Positions 28,528 to 36,825 of a stretch of 64,000 nucleotides of DNA are shown here, in pieces. This DNA comes from Candidatus Dormiibacterota bacterium (lineage in GTDB: Bacteria > Chloroflexota > Dormibacteria > Aeolococcales > Aeolococcaceae). The stretch spans positions 10,580 through 74,579 of the forward strand of contig JAFARE010000013.1 in assembly GCA_019245575.1 (NCBI GenBank), in the 5' to 3' direction. Every line of letters begins with the position of its first letter. The first letter of the stretch is position 1. Under the pieces are notes generated by a model. It did no database searches. It worked only from the letters and a program-made list of their open reading frames with translations, and was not told the DNA's origin. The position numbers were made by a program, and so were the translations under genes.

Positions 28528-30767
28528 CGATGCTCAGGAAGGGAATGGCGCGGTCGCTGCTGCTCGCCGCGGTCGTCGGTGCGAGCGCGTTCGCTCCGGC
28601 CGTCGTGTCGAGTACGCATGCCACTGCAGACGCCACCAAGACGTCGTGCACGCCGGATCCGGCGCTCGACAGCCTCGACCCCTGCCGCGCCGACACCGGC
28701 CAGGCCACCGACGACCAGGCCCACTACAGCTACACCACGGCCATCAAGTCGCACGTGCAGGTGCCGGTGCCGCAGACCATCGTCGACGCCATCAACCCGC
28801 CGCAGGGCGGCGCGCCCAACGTCGACACGATATGGATCGACTACATCCGTCCCAATGTCCCGGCGGGCGTGACCGTGCCGACGATCATGGATGCGTCGCC
28901 GTACTACAACACGCTCGGGCGCGGCTACGACGGCATCCTCAAGTCGCTCACCGATCCGAACGCGCCGGAACCCGTGAGCGTCGAGCGCTGTGCCGGCGCC
29001 AATCCGTGCACGAACTACGCGGACTTCCCGGAGTGGGAGGCGCACTACTTCGTGCCGCGCGGCTACGCGGTGGCGCTGATGGACCTGCGCGGCACCCGCA
29101 ACAGCAGCGGCTGTGAGGTGTACGGCGACAAGCAGGAGGCGCTCGACGCCGTGGCCGCCGTGGACTGGATCGCCGGACAGACCTGGTCCAACCAGCGCGT
29201 GGGCATGATCGGCGGCTCGTACGACGGCACGATGGCGAACGGCGCGGCCGCGCTGTACCCGCTGGCCGGGAAGTATCACAACGTCGACGGCCACGGCATG
29301 GACGCGCTGGCTGCGGTGGTGCCCATCCGCGCCATCGACCGCTGGTACGACTACCAGTTCTTCAACGGAGTCGAGGCCAACGGACAGGAGCTCGACCCGG
29401 AGCTGTTCACCGCGGAGCTGCCGGCGGAGGACTGGCCCACGAACGGGCCCACCACGGGCGATCCGACCTATGCGCAAGGGCTGGCGCAGCGAAAGTCGTG
29501 TCCCGCGTTCGCGCAGGTGGCCACCGACGAGGGCTACACGGCGCCGTACCAGGACACGCAGGACGCGGCCACCACCAGCTTCTGGAACAACCGCGACTAC
29601 CTGCAGTACACGCCCACGTGGAAGGCGGCAACGCTCTTCATCCACGGGCTCTTCGACAACAACGTCAAGACGATGAACTCCGGCCAGCTGTGGGATGCGC
29701 TCAACGCGCGCGCCACGCCGCCGCCCTTGCGATACCTCTGGTTCAACGGCGGCCATGCCGACCCCGACACACCCAGCGTGCAGGTGGAGAACCAGAACGG
29801 CCTGACCGCTGAGTACCTGATGCCGTACACGTGGATGCAGAAGTTCGAGCAGGAGGTGCACCAGTGGTTCCTGCAGTACCTCAAGGGCGTCGACGCCGGC
29901 GCACTGCAGGCGCCCAAGGTCGAGATCCAGCGCGACTACGACGACGCCGGCGACACATTGCAGCAGGGGCACTGGGACGCCTACTCGCAGTGGCCGGCGC
30001 CGGGAAGCGACACGGTGCTCCACTTCGACGCATCCAACAACACGGCATCCGCGAATCCCGCGGGCGCGGGCACCGTGCAGTGGGATGACGAGGCCACAGG
30101 CATGGCCGCACCTGCGAGCCAGTCGTTCGTCAGCGCGCCGTTCACCTCAGACACGCGCATCTCCGGCCAGTTCGAGTTCGACCTCAACATCTCCGCCGCC
30201 GGCGCCGACACCACAATCGCGGTGGAGGTGGATGACATCCCGCCGGGAGCGCTGACCGACACGACCTTCGCGACCGAGGACGTTTCCACCAACACGCATC
30301 CGTTCGCGTTCACCTACGGATACATCCGTGCCTTCTACCGCGCGTCGGTGCACCCGCGCGGCGCCTCGTATCCGACGGGCGGGTCATTCCTCACGCCGAA
30401 CACGCAGTACGCGATCAGCTTTCCGTCGACCTACACGGACTACGTGGTGCGGAGCGGCCACCGCCTGCGATTCACGTTCAGCAACGCATCGCCGTACAGC
30501 CTGCCCACGTATCAGGGCAATGTGGTGACGATGTACGCAGGGTTGAACGACGGCACCAGCCAGGTGCACATTCCCGTCGCCGCGACCGGACCGACCACCT
30601 CGACGCCCGAGTTCGGCGCCGGCGGCCCCACGGTCGCGGTGCTGGCCGGCGGCGTCATCCTCGTGGCAGCCGGCGCGCGCCGGCGCAGGTCATCGCGCCG
30701 CGTCCGGCGGGCGAGCTCCGGCGAGGCTCAGCCCCAGCCGAAGTTGTCCGAGAGCTCCGCAGAGTAG
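28524..30767 (+). CDS. Secreted CocE/NonD / Xaa-Pro dipeptidyl-peptidase (S15) family hydrolase with C-terminal anchor
   Basis: SPYY, FVPRGYAVALMDLRGT..S.GC, GGSYDG catalytic Ser, HGLFDNNVK, GGH; ATGA coupling to upstream gene. Confidence 0.88.
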   Translation: MTMLRKGMARSLLLAAVVGASAFAPAVVSSTHATADATKTSCTPDPALDSLDPCRADTGQATDDQAHYSYTTAIKSHVQVPVPQTIVDAINPPQGGAPNVDTIWIDYIRPNVPAGVTVPTIMDASPYYNTLGRGYDGILKSLTDPNAPEPVSVERCAGANPCTNYADFPEWEAHYFVPRGYAVALMDLRGTRNSSGCEVYGDKQEALDAVAAVDWIAGQTWSNQRVGMIGGSYDGTMANGAAALYPLAGKYHNVDGHGMDALAAVVPIRAIDRWYDYQFFNGVEANGQELDPELFTAELPAEDWPTNGPTTGDPTYAQGLAQRKSCPAFAQVATDEGYTAPYQDTQDAATTSFWNNRDYLQYTPTWKAATLFIHGLFDNNVKTMNSGQLWDALNARATPPPLRYLWFNGGHADPDTPSVQVENQNGLTAEYLMPYTWMQKFEQEVHQWFLQYLKGVDAGALQAPKVEIQRDYDDAGDTLQQGHWDAYSQWPAPGSDTVLHFDASNNTASANPAGAGTVQWDDEATGMAAPASQSFVSAPFTSDTRISGQFEFDLNISAAGADTTIAVEVDDIPPGALTDTTFATEDVSTNTHPFAFTYGYIRAFYRASVHPRGASYPTGGSFLTPNTQYAISFPSTYTDYVVRSGHRLRFTFSNASPYSLPTYQGNVVTMYAGLNDGTSQVHIPVAATGPTTSTPEFGAGGPTVAVLAGGVILVAAGARRRRSSRRVRRASSGEAQPQPKLSESSAE

Positions 30768-30874
30768 CCCCAGCCGAAGTTGTCCGCCGAGTAGCCCCAG
30801 CCGAAGTTGTCCGCCGAATCCCGCGAGTATCCCCAGCCGAAGTTATCGCACGGCTTCGTGGTGGTCCGGGTCAT
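30728..30874 (-). CDS. 48-aa peptide with four DNFGWG repeats (missing from ORF track)
   Basis: MTRTTTKPCDNFGWGYSRDSADNFGWGYSADNFGWGYSAELSDNFGWG*; RBS GGGAGGAG 7 nt before ATG; synonymous differences between copies. Confidence 0.8.
   Translation of the reverse strand: MTRTTTKPCDNFGWGYSRDSADNFGWGYSADNFGWGYSAELSDNFGWG
30731..30847. repeat. Four direct repeats of CCCAGCCGAAGTT(G/A)TC
   Basis: Unit spacings of 36, 27 and 36 nt, all multiples of 3. Confidence 0.92.
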
Positions 30875-30958
30875 GTCCTGTCTCCTCCCGCGGTCCCGTC
30901 CGCACCCCGGACGGCGACCCTCGGTGGCTGAAGCCTGCGGGTGGGACCTTTCCGGAAC

Positions 30959-31906
30959 CTAAAGCGGAGCTAAAACCGGTTCCGGGGAACGGGGCGCGGC
31001 TTCAGCCATCTCGTCGAGGCGCACCAGCGCGATGCCGGCAACCACCAAAACGCCACCGGCGAGCTGGACGGGGTTCAGCCGCTGCCCGAGCAGCAGCCAG
31101 GCGAAGCCGACCGCGGCCAGGACCTCACACAGGCCGAGGAAGGAGGCCAGCTTCGAGCCCAGCAGCCGCACCGCGGCGATGCCGCTGACGTAGGCGACGA
31201 CCGCCGCCACGAGCGACAGGCCGAGCACAGGCACCAGCCAGGACACCGGCCTGGCCAGCAGGATCACATCGACGAAGGCGGCGTGCAGCGGCAGCACGTG
31301 AACGGCGCCGGCGATCGCGAGCGTGACCGCGCCGACCACGAGCCCGCCCCACGCCATCACGAGCGGCGGCACGCCGTCGTCGGCGTGCGCGGCCAGGATG
31401 AAGTAGGCGGCCAGCCCCACGGCGGCGCCGAGCCCCCAGAGGACGCCGATGAAGTCGACGCGGTGCGCACCGGCCAGGTCGAGCACGAGCACCAGACCCG
31501 CGAGGGCCGCCGCTCCCGCGACGGCGGTGAGCAGCCTCGGCCGGCGGCCCTGCCGAATCCAGCCCCAGGCCACCACGAGCAGGATGCCCGAGTACTCGAG
31601 GAGGAGGGCGACGCCCACCGACAGGCGCGAGACTGCGTTGAAGTAGCAGAACTGCGCCGCGGCCACGGCCACCACGCCGTAGACCAGCAGCAGGCGCATC
31701 GACGCCCACGCGGGGCGCTGCCGCCGAAGCTGGACGAGCGCCGGCGTCGTCAGAACCAGCGCGGCGATGCCCACACGCGTGACGACCGCGGCGCCGGGGG
31801 TCCAGCCGGCGCTGATCAGGCTCGAGGCAAACGCGCCGGCCGTGCCGAAGGTGGTGCCGGAGAGGACACCCAGGGCCAGACCCGCGTTGCTCGGCGACCT
31901 GCGCAT
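30959..31906 (-). CDS. EamA/DMT family transporter
   Basis: About 10 TM helices; YFNAVSRLSVGVALLLEY; ASFLGLCEV. Confidence 0.9.
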   Translation of the reverse strand: MRRSPSNAGLALGVLSGTTFGTAGAFASSLISAGWTPGAAVVTRVGIAALVLTTPALVQLRRQRPAWASMRLLLVYGVVAVAAAQFCYFNAVSRLSVGVALLLEYSGILLVVAWGWIRQGRRPRLLTAVAGAAALAGLVLVLDLAGAHRVDFIGVLWGLGAAVGLAAYFILAAHADDGVPPLVMAWGGLVVGAVTLAIAGAVHVLPLHAAFVDVILLARPVSWLVPVLGLSLVAAVVAYVSGIAAVRLLGSKLASFLGLCEVLAAVGFAWLLLGQRLNPVQLAGGVLVVAGIALVRLDEMAEAAPRSPEPVLAPL

Positions 31907-32000
31907 GACGGGGCCTCCCAGGCTGCCCGGACCGGTGCGGTAATGACCAACCCAGGACTTGGACGCTTACAGTCTAGCCAGCCGGGGGTAAGATGTCAAC

Positions 32001-32534
32001 GTGCCGTTCACTCATGACACGGAACTGGCGCTGCAGTCGGCGGCCGCGCTGGTCAACAGCGCCGAGGACGAGGGCGACCGCCTTGCCGACATGGCGGGAC
32101 TGGACCGCTTCGTGGCGGAGTGGAACTGGACGGGCAGCCGCCGCCGGGACGCAAGCGAGCTCGAGCAGGTGCGGGCACTGCGGCCCAGGCTGCGGCGTCT
32201 CTGGGAGCTCGACGAGGATGGCATCGTGACCGAGGTGAACGCGATCCTGCGCGACACGGGCGCGTTGCCGCAGCTGGTCAGGCACGGCGGGTGGGACTAC
32301 CACGTGCACGCGACGCCGCCCGACGCGCCGCTCGCTGACCGCATGGCGGTGGAAGCGGCGATGGCGTTTCTGGACGTCGTCGTCCTGAAGGAGATGGACC
32401 GCCTGCGTGTGTGCGGCGCGGACGACTGCGATGACGTCGTCGTCGATCTCTCCAAGAACCGGTCCCGCCGCTACTGCAGCGCCACCTGCTCGAGCCGCGT
32501 GAACGTCGCCGCGTTTCGCGCGCGCAACCGCTGA
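32001..32534 (+). CDS. ABATE / CGNR zinc-finger protein
   Basis: FTHDTE, LVNS, LVRHGGWDYHVH, CGADDC...DLSKNRSRRYCSATC; divergent from EamA. Confidence 0.9.
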   Translation: MPFTHDTELALQSAAALVNSAEDEGDRLADMAGLDRFVAEWNWTGSRRRDASELEQVRALRPRLRRLWELDEDGIVTEVNAILRDTGALPQLVRHGGWDYHVHATPPDAPLADRMAVEAAMAFLDVVVLKEMDRLRVCGADDCDDVVVDLSKNRSRRYCSATCSSRVNVAAFRARNR

Positions 32535-32537
32535 CGC

Positions 32538-33071
32538 ATGAGCGCTCCCGCTGTGCGTCTCGTCCCCGTCGCGGTGGATGACGCGGTGGCGCTGCACGAG
32601 CTGCTGGTCCGCAACCGCGAATACCTCGCGCCGTGGTCGCCGGCGCGCGACGAGGAGTGGTATGGCCTCGAGCAGCAACGGGAACGTCTTGCGGCTGCAG
32701 TCGCGCAACACGGTGAAGGTTCTGCGTATTACTTCAAGATCGTGGCCGGCGATGGCGCCGTCGGGCGCCTCGATCTCAACAACGTCGTGCGCGGTGTGTG
32801 GCGCAACACAAACCTCGGCTACTGGGTGGCCGAGAGCGAACGCGGCCGCGGTCACGCCACCGCGGCCGTGAAGGCGGCGGTCACCTTCGCCTTCAGCGAA
32901 GCCGGCCTGCACCGTGTGGAAGCGGCGGTCATGCCGCGGAACCGTGCCTCACTCCGCGTGGTCGAGAAGGCCGGCTTCAGACGGGAAGGCGTTGCGGAAC
33001 GCTACCTGCGCATCAACGGCCGGTGGGAGCAGCACGTCATCCATGCGATCACCGCCGAGGAGGCGATGTGA
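32538..33071 (+). CDS. GNAT acetyltransferase, RimJ/RimL family
   Basis: LGYWV, GRGHAT, LHRVEAAVMPRN, GFRREG, INGRW. Confidence 0.9.
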   Translation: MSAPAVRLVPVAVDDAVALHELLVRNREYLAPWSPARDEEWYGLEQQRERLAAAVAQHGEGSAYYFKIVAGDGAVGRLDLNNVVRGVWRNTNLGYWVAESERGRGHATAAVKAAVTFAFSEAGLHRVEAAVMPRNRASLRVVEKAGFRREGVAERYLRINGRWEQHVIHAITAEEAM

Positions 33072-33078
33072 CCGGGCG

Positions 33079-35370
33079 CTATGCCGAGACGCGAAAGGTG
33101 GATTGGCGGGAGTCCGCGTGCTGCCCGGCGCGCAGCCGCTGCTCGATCATCCTCGCCGGCATCGGTCTCGCCAGCAGGAACCCCTGACCCAGGTCGCAGT
33201 CGAACGCGCGCAGCGAGGCGAGATCAGCGTCTGTCTCGATGCCCTCGGCAACGGTCTCGAGGTTGAGCATGCGCCCCATGCTGATGATGGCGCGCGCGAC
33301 CGCGGCGCGCTCCTCGCTGGTGGCGACGCCTGTCACGAACGAGCGATCCACCTTCAGGGCGTCGATGGGAAACCGCAGCACATGGCCGAGTGACGAGTAC
33401 CCGGTGCCGAAGTCATCCAGAGCCAGCCGCACACCCATGCGTTTCAACTCCTGCAGGCAGACATCGGCCGCCTCCGTGTCACGCAGCAGCGCCGTCTCCG
33501 TCACCTCGAGTGTGAGCAGGCTGGGGTCGAACCGCTCGTCGGCGAGAATCTCCTGCACCCGCGCCGCCAGGTCCGCGCGCGGCACCTGCCGCGCCGAGAG
33601 GTTGACGCTCACACCGAGCATGCACGCGGCGGGGAAGTCCGTCTGCCAGCGGTGCACCTGGCGCAGCGCTTCGCGCAGGATCCAGTAGCCGATCGGGACG
33701 ATGAGGCCCGTGTCCTCAGCCAGCGGGATGAAGTCCGACGGCGGCACCAGGCCGAGGGTCGGATGCTCCCACCGCACAAGCGCCTCCACCGAGTGCAGAT
33801 CGCCGGTGCGCAGGTCGACGAGTGGCTGGTAGTGGAGCACGAACTCGTTGCGCTCGAGGGCGCGTCGCAGCTCGCCTTCGAGCTGTAGCCGCTGCACCGC
33901 GGCCGAGTGCATTCCGGGTTCGAAATGAAAGCTGCTGCCGGAGCCGTCCATCTTGGCGCGGTACATCGCCAGGTCGGCGTCGCGAAGCATCGTGCCGGCA
34001 TCGGCCTGGCCGTGTGAGCTCACCGCGATGCCTATGCTGCCGCTGATGGACACCTCCGACCCGCTGAGCAGGAACGGAGGCCGCAGCGCCTCGAGAATGC
34101 GGTCGGCCACAGTCGCCGCGTCGACGGGCCCTGACGCCTCCTCGATCAGCACGGCGAACTCGTCGCCGCCCAGCCGCGCCGCGGTATCGGGCTCGCGCAG
34201 GCAGCCGCGCAGACGCTCACTGACATTGATGAGCAGCTGGTCGCCGGCAGCGTGGCCGAGGCTGTCGTTCACGTTCTTGAACCGGTCCAGGTCCAGGAAC
34301 AGCACGGCCACCTGGCCGTGATCGCGCCGCGCGCGCGCGAGCGCGTGGTCCAAGCGCTCAAAGAACAGCGCGCGGTTGGGCAGGCCGGTGAGCACGTCGT
34401 GAAACGCGAGATGCTGCATCTCGTCCATCGTTCGGGCGTCCGTCAGGGCAAGGCTGGCGTGCTCGGCGAACGCCGCTAGGATTTCCTGGTCGTTCTCGTC
34501 GAAGTGGCGTCCGAGCTGCGTCGACGCGACGGAGATGCTCCCGATGACGCGCCCGGCCTCACGCACCGGGGCCGCCATCGCGGCGACAAAGCCGCGCGCG
34601 GCGAGCTGGGGCAGCACGCTGGTGGCCTTCGCGTAGTCGTACATGACGACCAGGCGATCCTCCGCGATCGCGTGTCCGCTGGCGCCGACCCCCACTGGCG
34701 CCCGGGCGACCTCCGCCGCCGTTTCAGGCGGAAGGCCGGCCGACGAGACCAATGACGAGGTGTGCTCGTCGTCCTGGTCCACCAGGCGCACGGCAGAAGC
34801 CTCGGTGTCGAGCAGCTCGCGCGCTCCTGCGGTGATCGCATCGAGGGTGTCGCTGAGCGGCGCGCGGCGCGTGATGGCGCGCTGGATCGCCGAGAGGCGC
34901 TCCAGCAGCAGCTGGCGCTCCTGCAGCGTGGCTCGCAGCGAACGCTCACGATCCAGTGCGCTGAACACATCGAGTGTCAGGCTCAAGCTGCGCGCCATGC
35001 CGCGCATGAGCGTCGCCTCCTCGCGGCTGAAGGGCTGATCGCCGAGGCGCGCGACGACCAGATGTCCATCGCCGTCGGTTTCAAACGGCGCGCTGGTGAG
35101 ACGGCAGCGCCCCACTCCCTTGACGTCGATCTCCTGCGCGCGCGCGGCGACGGCGGCGATCAGGTGGCGCACGTCGACCCGGCCGCCGGGGAAGCCCACC
35201 GATGCTGTGACATGGCCGCCCTCGATGACGGCGCCCAGCTCCGCCTCGAGGGTCTCCGCCGCCCAAACGACACCGCGGTCCGCTGCGGCTCCGCGTTCTC
35301 CCGCGGACGTGATGGCGCCGAGGAACTCAGCAAGCTGCGCGCTGATCCAACCCTCGGCGATCCGTGTCAC
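33079..35370 (-). CDS. GAF-GGDEF-EAL diguanylate cyclase/phosphodiesterase
   Basis: HDVLTGLPNR, REPD I-site, GGDEF, EAL, DDFGTGYSSL. Confidence 0.93.
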   Translation of the reverse strand: MTRIAEGWISAQLAEFLGAITSAGERGAAADRGVVWAAETLEAELGAVIEGGHVTASVGFPGGRVDVRHLIAAVAARAQEIDVKGVGRCRLTSAPFETDGDGHLVVARLGDQPFSREEATLMRGMARSLSLTLDVFSALDRERSLRATLQERQLLLERLSAIQRAITRRAPLSDTLDAITAGARELLDTEASAVRLVDQDDEHTSSLVSSAGLPPETAAEVARAPVGVGASGHAIAEDRLVVMYDYAKATSVLPQLAARGFVAAMAAPVREAGRVIGSISVASTQLGRHFDENDQEILAAFAEHASLALTDARTMDEMQHLAFHDVLTGLPNRALFFERLDHALARARRDHGQVAVLFLDLDRFKNVNDSLGHAAGDQLLINVSERLRGCLREPDTAARLGGDEFAVLIEEASGPVDAATVADRILEALRPPFLLSGSEVSISGSIGIAVSSHGQADAGTMLRDADLAMYRAKMDGSGSSFHFEPGMHSAAVQRLQLEGELRRALERNEFVLHYQPLVDLRTGDLHSVEALVRWEHPTLGLVPPSDFIPLAEDTGLIVPIGYWILREALRQVHRWQTDFPAACMLGVSVNLSARQVPRADLAARVQEILADERFDPSLLTLEVTETALLRDTEAADVCLQELKRMGVRLALDDFGTGYSSLGHVLRFPIDALKVDRSFVTGVATSEERAAVARAIISMGRMLNLETVAEGIETDADLASLRAFDCDLGQGFLLARPMPARMIEQRLRAGQHADSRQSTFRVSA

Positions 35371-36539
35371 GTCAGTGCCAGCACCACCAGCGTCTGGTTG
35401 TGGAATCCGCTGATGCCGTGGGTGCGCGCGATCTCGCCGTATGTGTAGAAGCCCGCGACGGGTGCGCCGACGGCGTAGTCGCTGATGCGCTGCACCTCGC
35501 GAGCGATGCCCTCGTCGCCCAGCACGCCGCGCCGGGCGATGCAGTCGAATGCGAGCAGTCCCAATGGCTTCTGGCCCTCGAGGGACTGCAGCGCGTCATC
35601 GCACGCGGCGTCGGTCGCGTTGAGGACGGAGTCGGCGTCGCCCTCCATGATCCAGACCAGGCCGCCGTGGGGCACGGCCGCGATGCAGCCCAGCGAGCGA
35701 TCGCTGAAGTCCGCCTCGGCGATGAACCGGACCTCCTCGCCGCTGCGCCGGCTCAAGCCGAGCGGGTGGGTCATCGCGTAGCGGGTGAATGCCGCCGCGT
35801 CGCCGCGCACACCCTCGGGAGCGCCCAGGCGCTCGAGGTACACGTCGAGCGCGGGCTGGTCATCCAGCGTGTGCACGCGGTTTCCGGTGCTGCCGGTCAC
35901 GAGCATCGGCTCGCCGACCTTGCGCCATCCGTGCTGCACACCGATGCCGAAGGGCGCATCCGATGCGATGGCCGCGGCGACGACGGAATCCTGGAGCACG
36001 TCGCCGTTGTGAAACTGGTACGTGCGGCGCATCTTCAGGTCGTCACCGGCGCAGCCGCCCACCAGCGGTATCGCAGCGCCGGCGACGCTGTACGCGCCGC
36101 GCACGATCTCCTGCTGGTCGCCCGCCAGACCATCACTCAACAGCAGCAACACACGGTTCGGCTTGCCGTCGACCTCGGCGACGCACGCGCCCGCCTCGGC
36201 GCCGGCGTCGCGCAGCCGCTCGGAGGCGTTGGTCGACGCAGCCGTGGCGCAGGCGAACCCGCTGCCGCCGAGCGCGGCGACGACGACTCCCGACTCACCC
36301 GGTCCCGTGGTCGCGATCTCGCCCGCGGTCGAGCACCCCACCAGCGGAGCGTCGCCCGTGCTGCGGCGCACGCCGGCGAGCAGCTCGTGCAGGTCGTGAG
36401 CCTCGGACGCGAAGACGATGGCGAGCTTGGGATCGCCGCCCCTCACCGCGGCCCGCGCGGCGTCCTCGCCCGCGGCGAACGACTCGTTGTCGCGACTGGA
36501 ACCCACGCCGAACCACCGGTTCTGCTCACTCCGCTCCAA
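35367..36539 (-). CDS. FIST N/C domain sensor (NosP-like)
   Basis: GCSTAGEI, VGGCAGD, HGW, FDCIARR, GFYTYGEI, FHNQT; TTG start with AAGGAG RBS; overlaps downstream start. Confidence 0.9.
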   Translation of the reverse strand: MERSEQNRWFGVGSSRDNESFAAGEDAARAAVRGGDPKLAIVFASEAHDLHELLAGVRRSTGDAPLVGCSTAGEIATTGPGESGVVVAALGGSGFACATAASTNASERLRDAGAEAGACVAEVDGKPNRVLLLLSDGLAGDQQEIVRGAYSVAGAAIPLVGGCAGDDLKMRRTYQFHNGDVLQDSVVAAAIASDAPFGIGVQHGWRKVGEPMLVTGSTGNRVHTLDDQPALDVYLERLGAPEGVRGDAAAFTRYAMTHPLGLSRRSGEEVRFIAEADFSDRSLGCIAAVPHGGLVWIMEGDADSVLNATDAACDDALQSLEGQKPLGLLAFDCIARRGVLGDEGIAREVQRISDYAVGAPVAGFYTYGEIARTHGISGFHNQTLVVLALT

Positions 36540-36825
36540 CTTCGAATCTCCTTGCGAGCGCGCGGTCTCGCTGGTCGCGTCCGGACGTCTACACACAGCA
36601 GTGGAACAGGGCGGCCGTGCCCCCGCTGCTGACCTGATCAAATCGGCCGCGGCCCGTGGGGCGGCGGGGGCAAGGGCTTCGTAGCGCGATCGTTGTCGGC
36701 CCGCGACAGGGGGCCCTCCCGATGCGCGAATCCGCAAGAATTCCGCCCGGACGCGCGTTTACGGGAAGGGCACGACATCTCGTGCCCCCCGGGAAGGCCG
36801 GCGACACCAACGAGAGGAGACCGAC

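Noticed and set aside
30720-30767. Repeat as part of the S15 hydrolase tail (QPQPKLSE)
   Set aside because: Only one unit lies in that frame before a TAG stop; the minus-strand frame explains all four units and has an RBS
30731-30847. Possible mini CRISPR array
   Set aside because: Repeat is only about 17 nt, intervening segments are 9-18 nt and similar to each other, all spacings are multiples of 3, and there are no cas genes; better explained as a coding repeat
36540-36825. Riboswitch (c-di-GMP or amino acid) in the FIST/SBP intergenic region
   Set aside because: Only isolated hairpins such as GGGCACGA-CATC-TCGTGCCC; no consensus I can recognise
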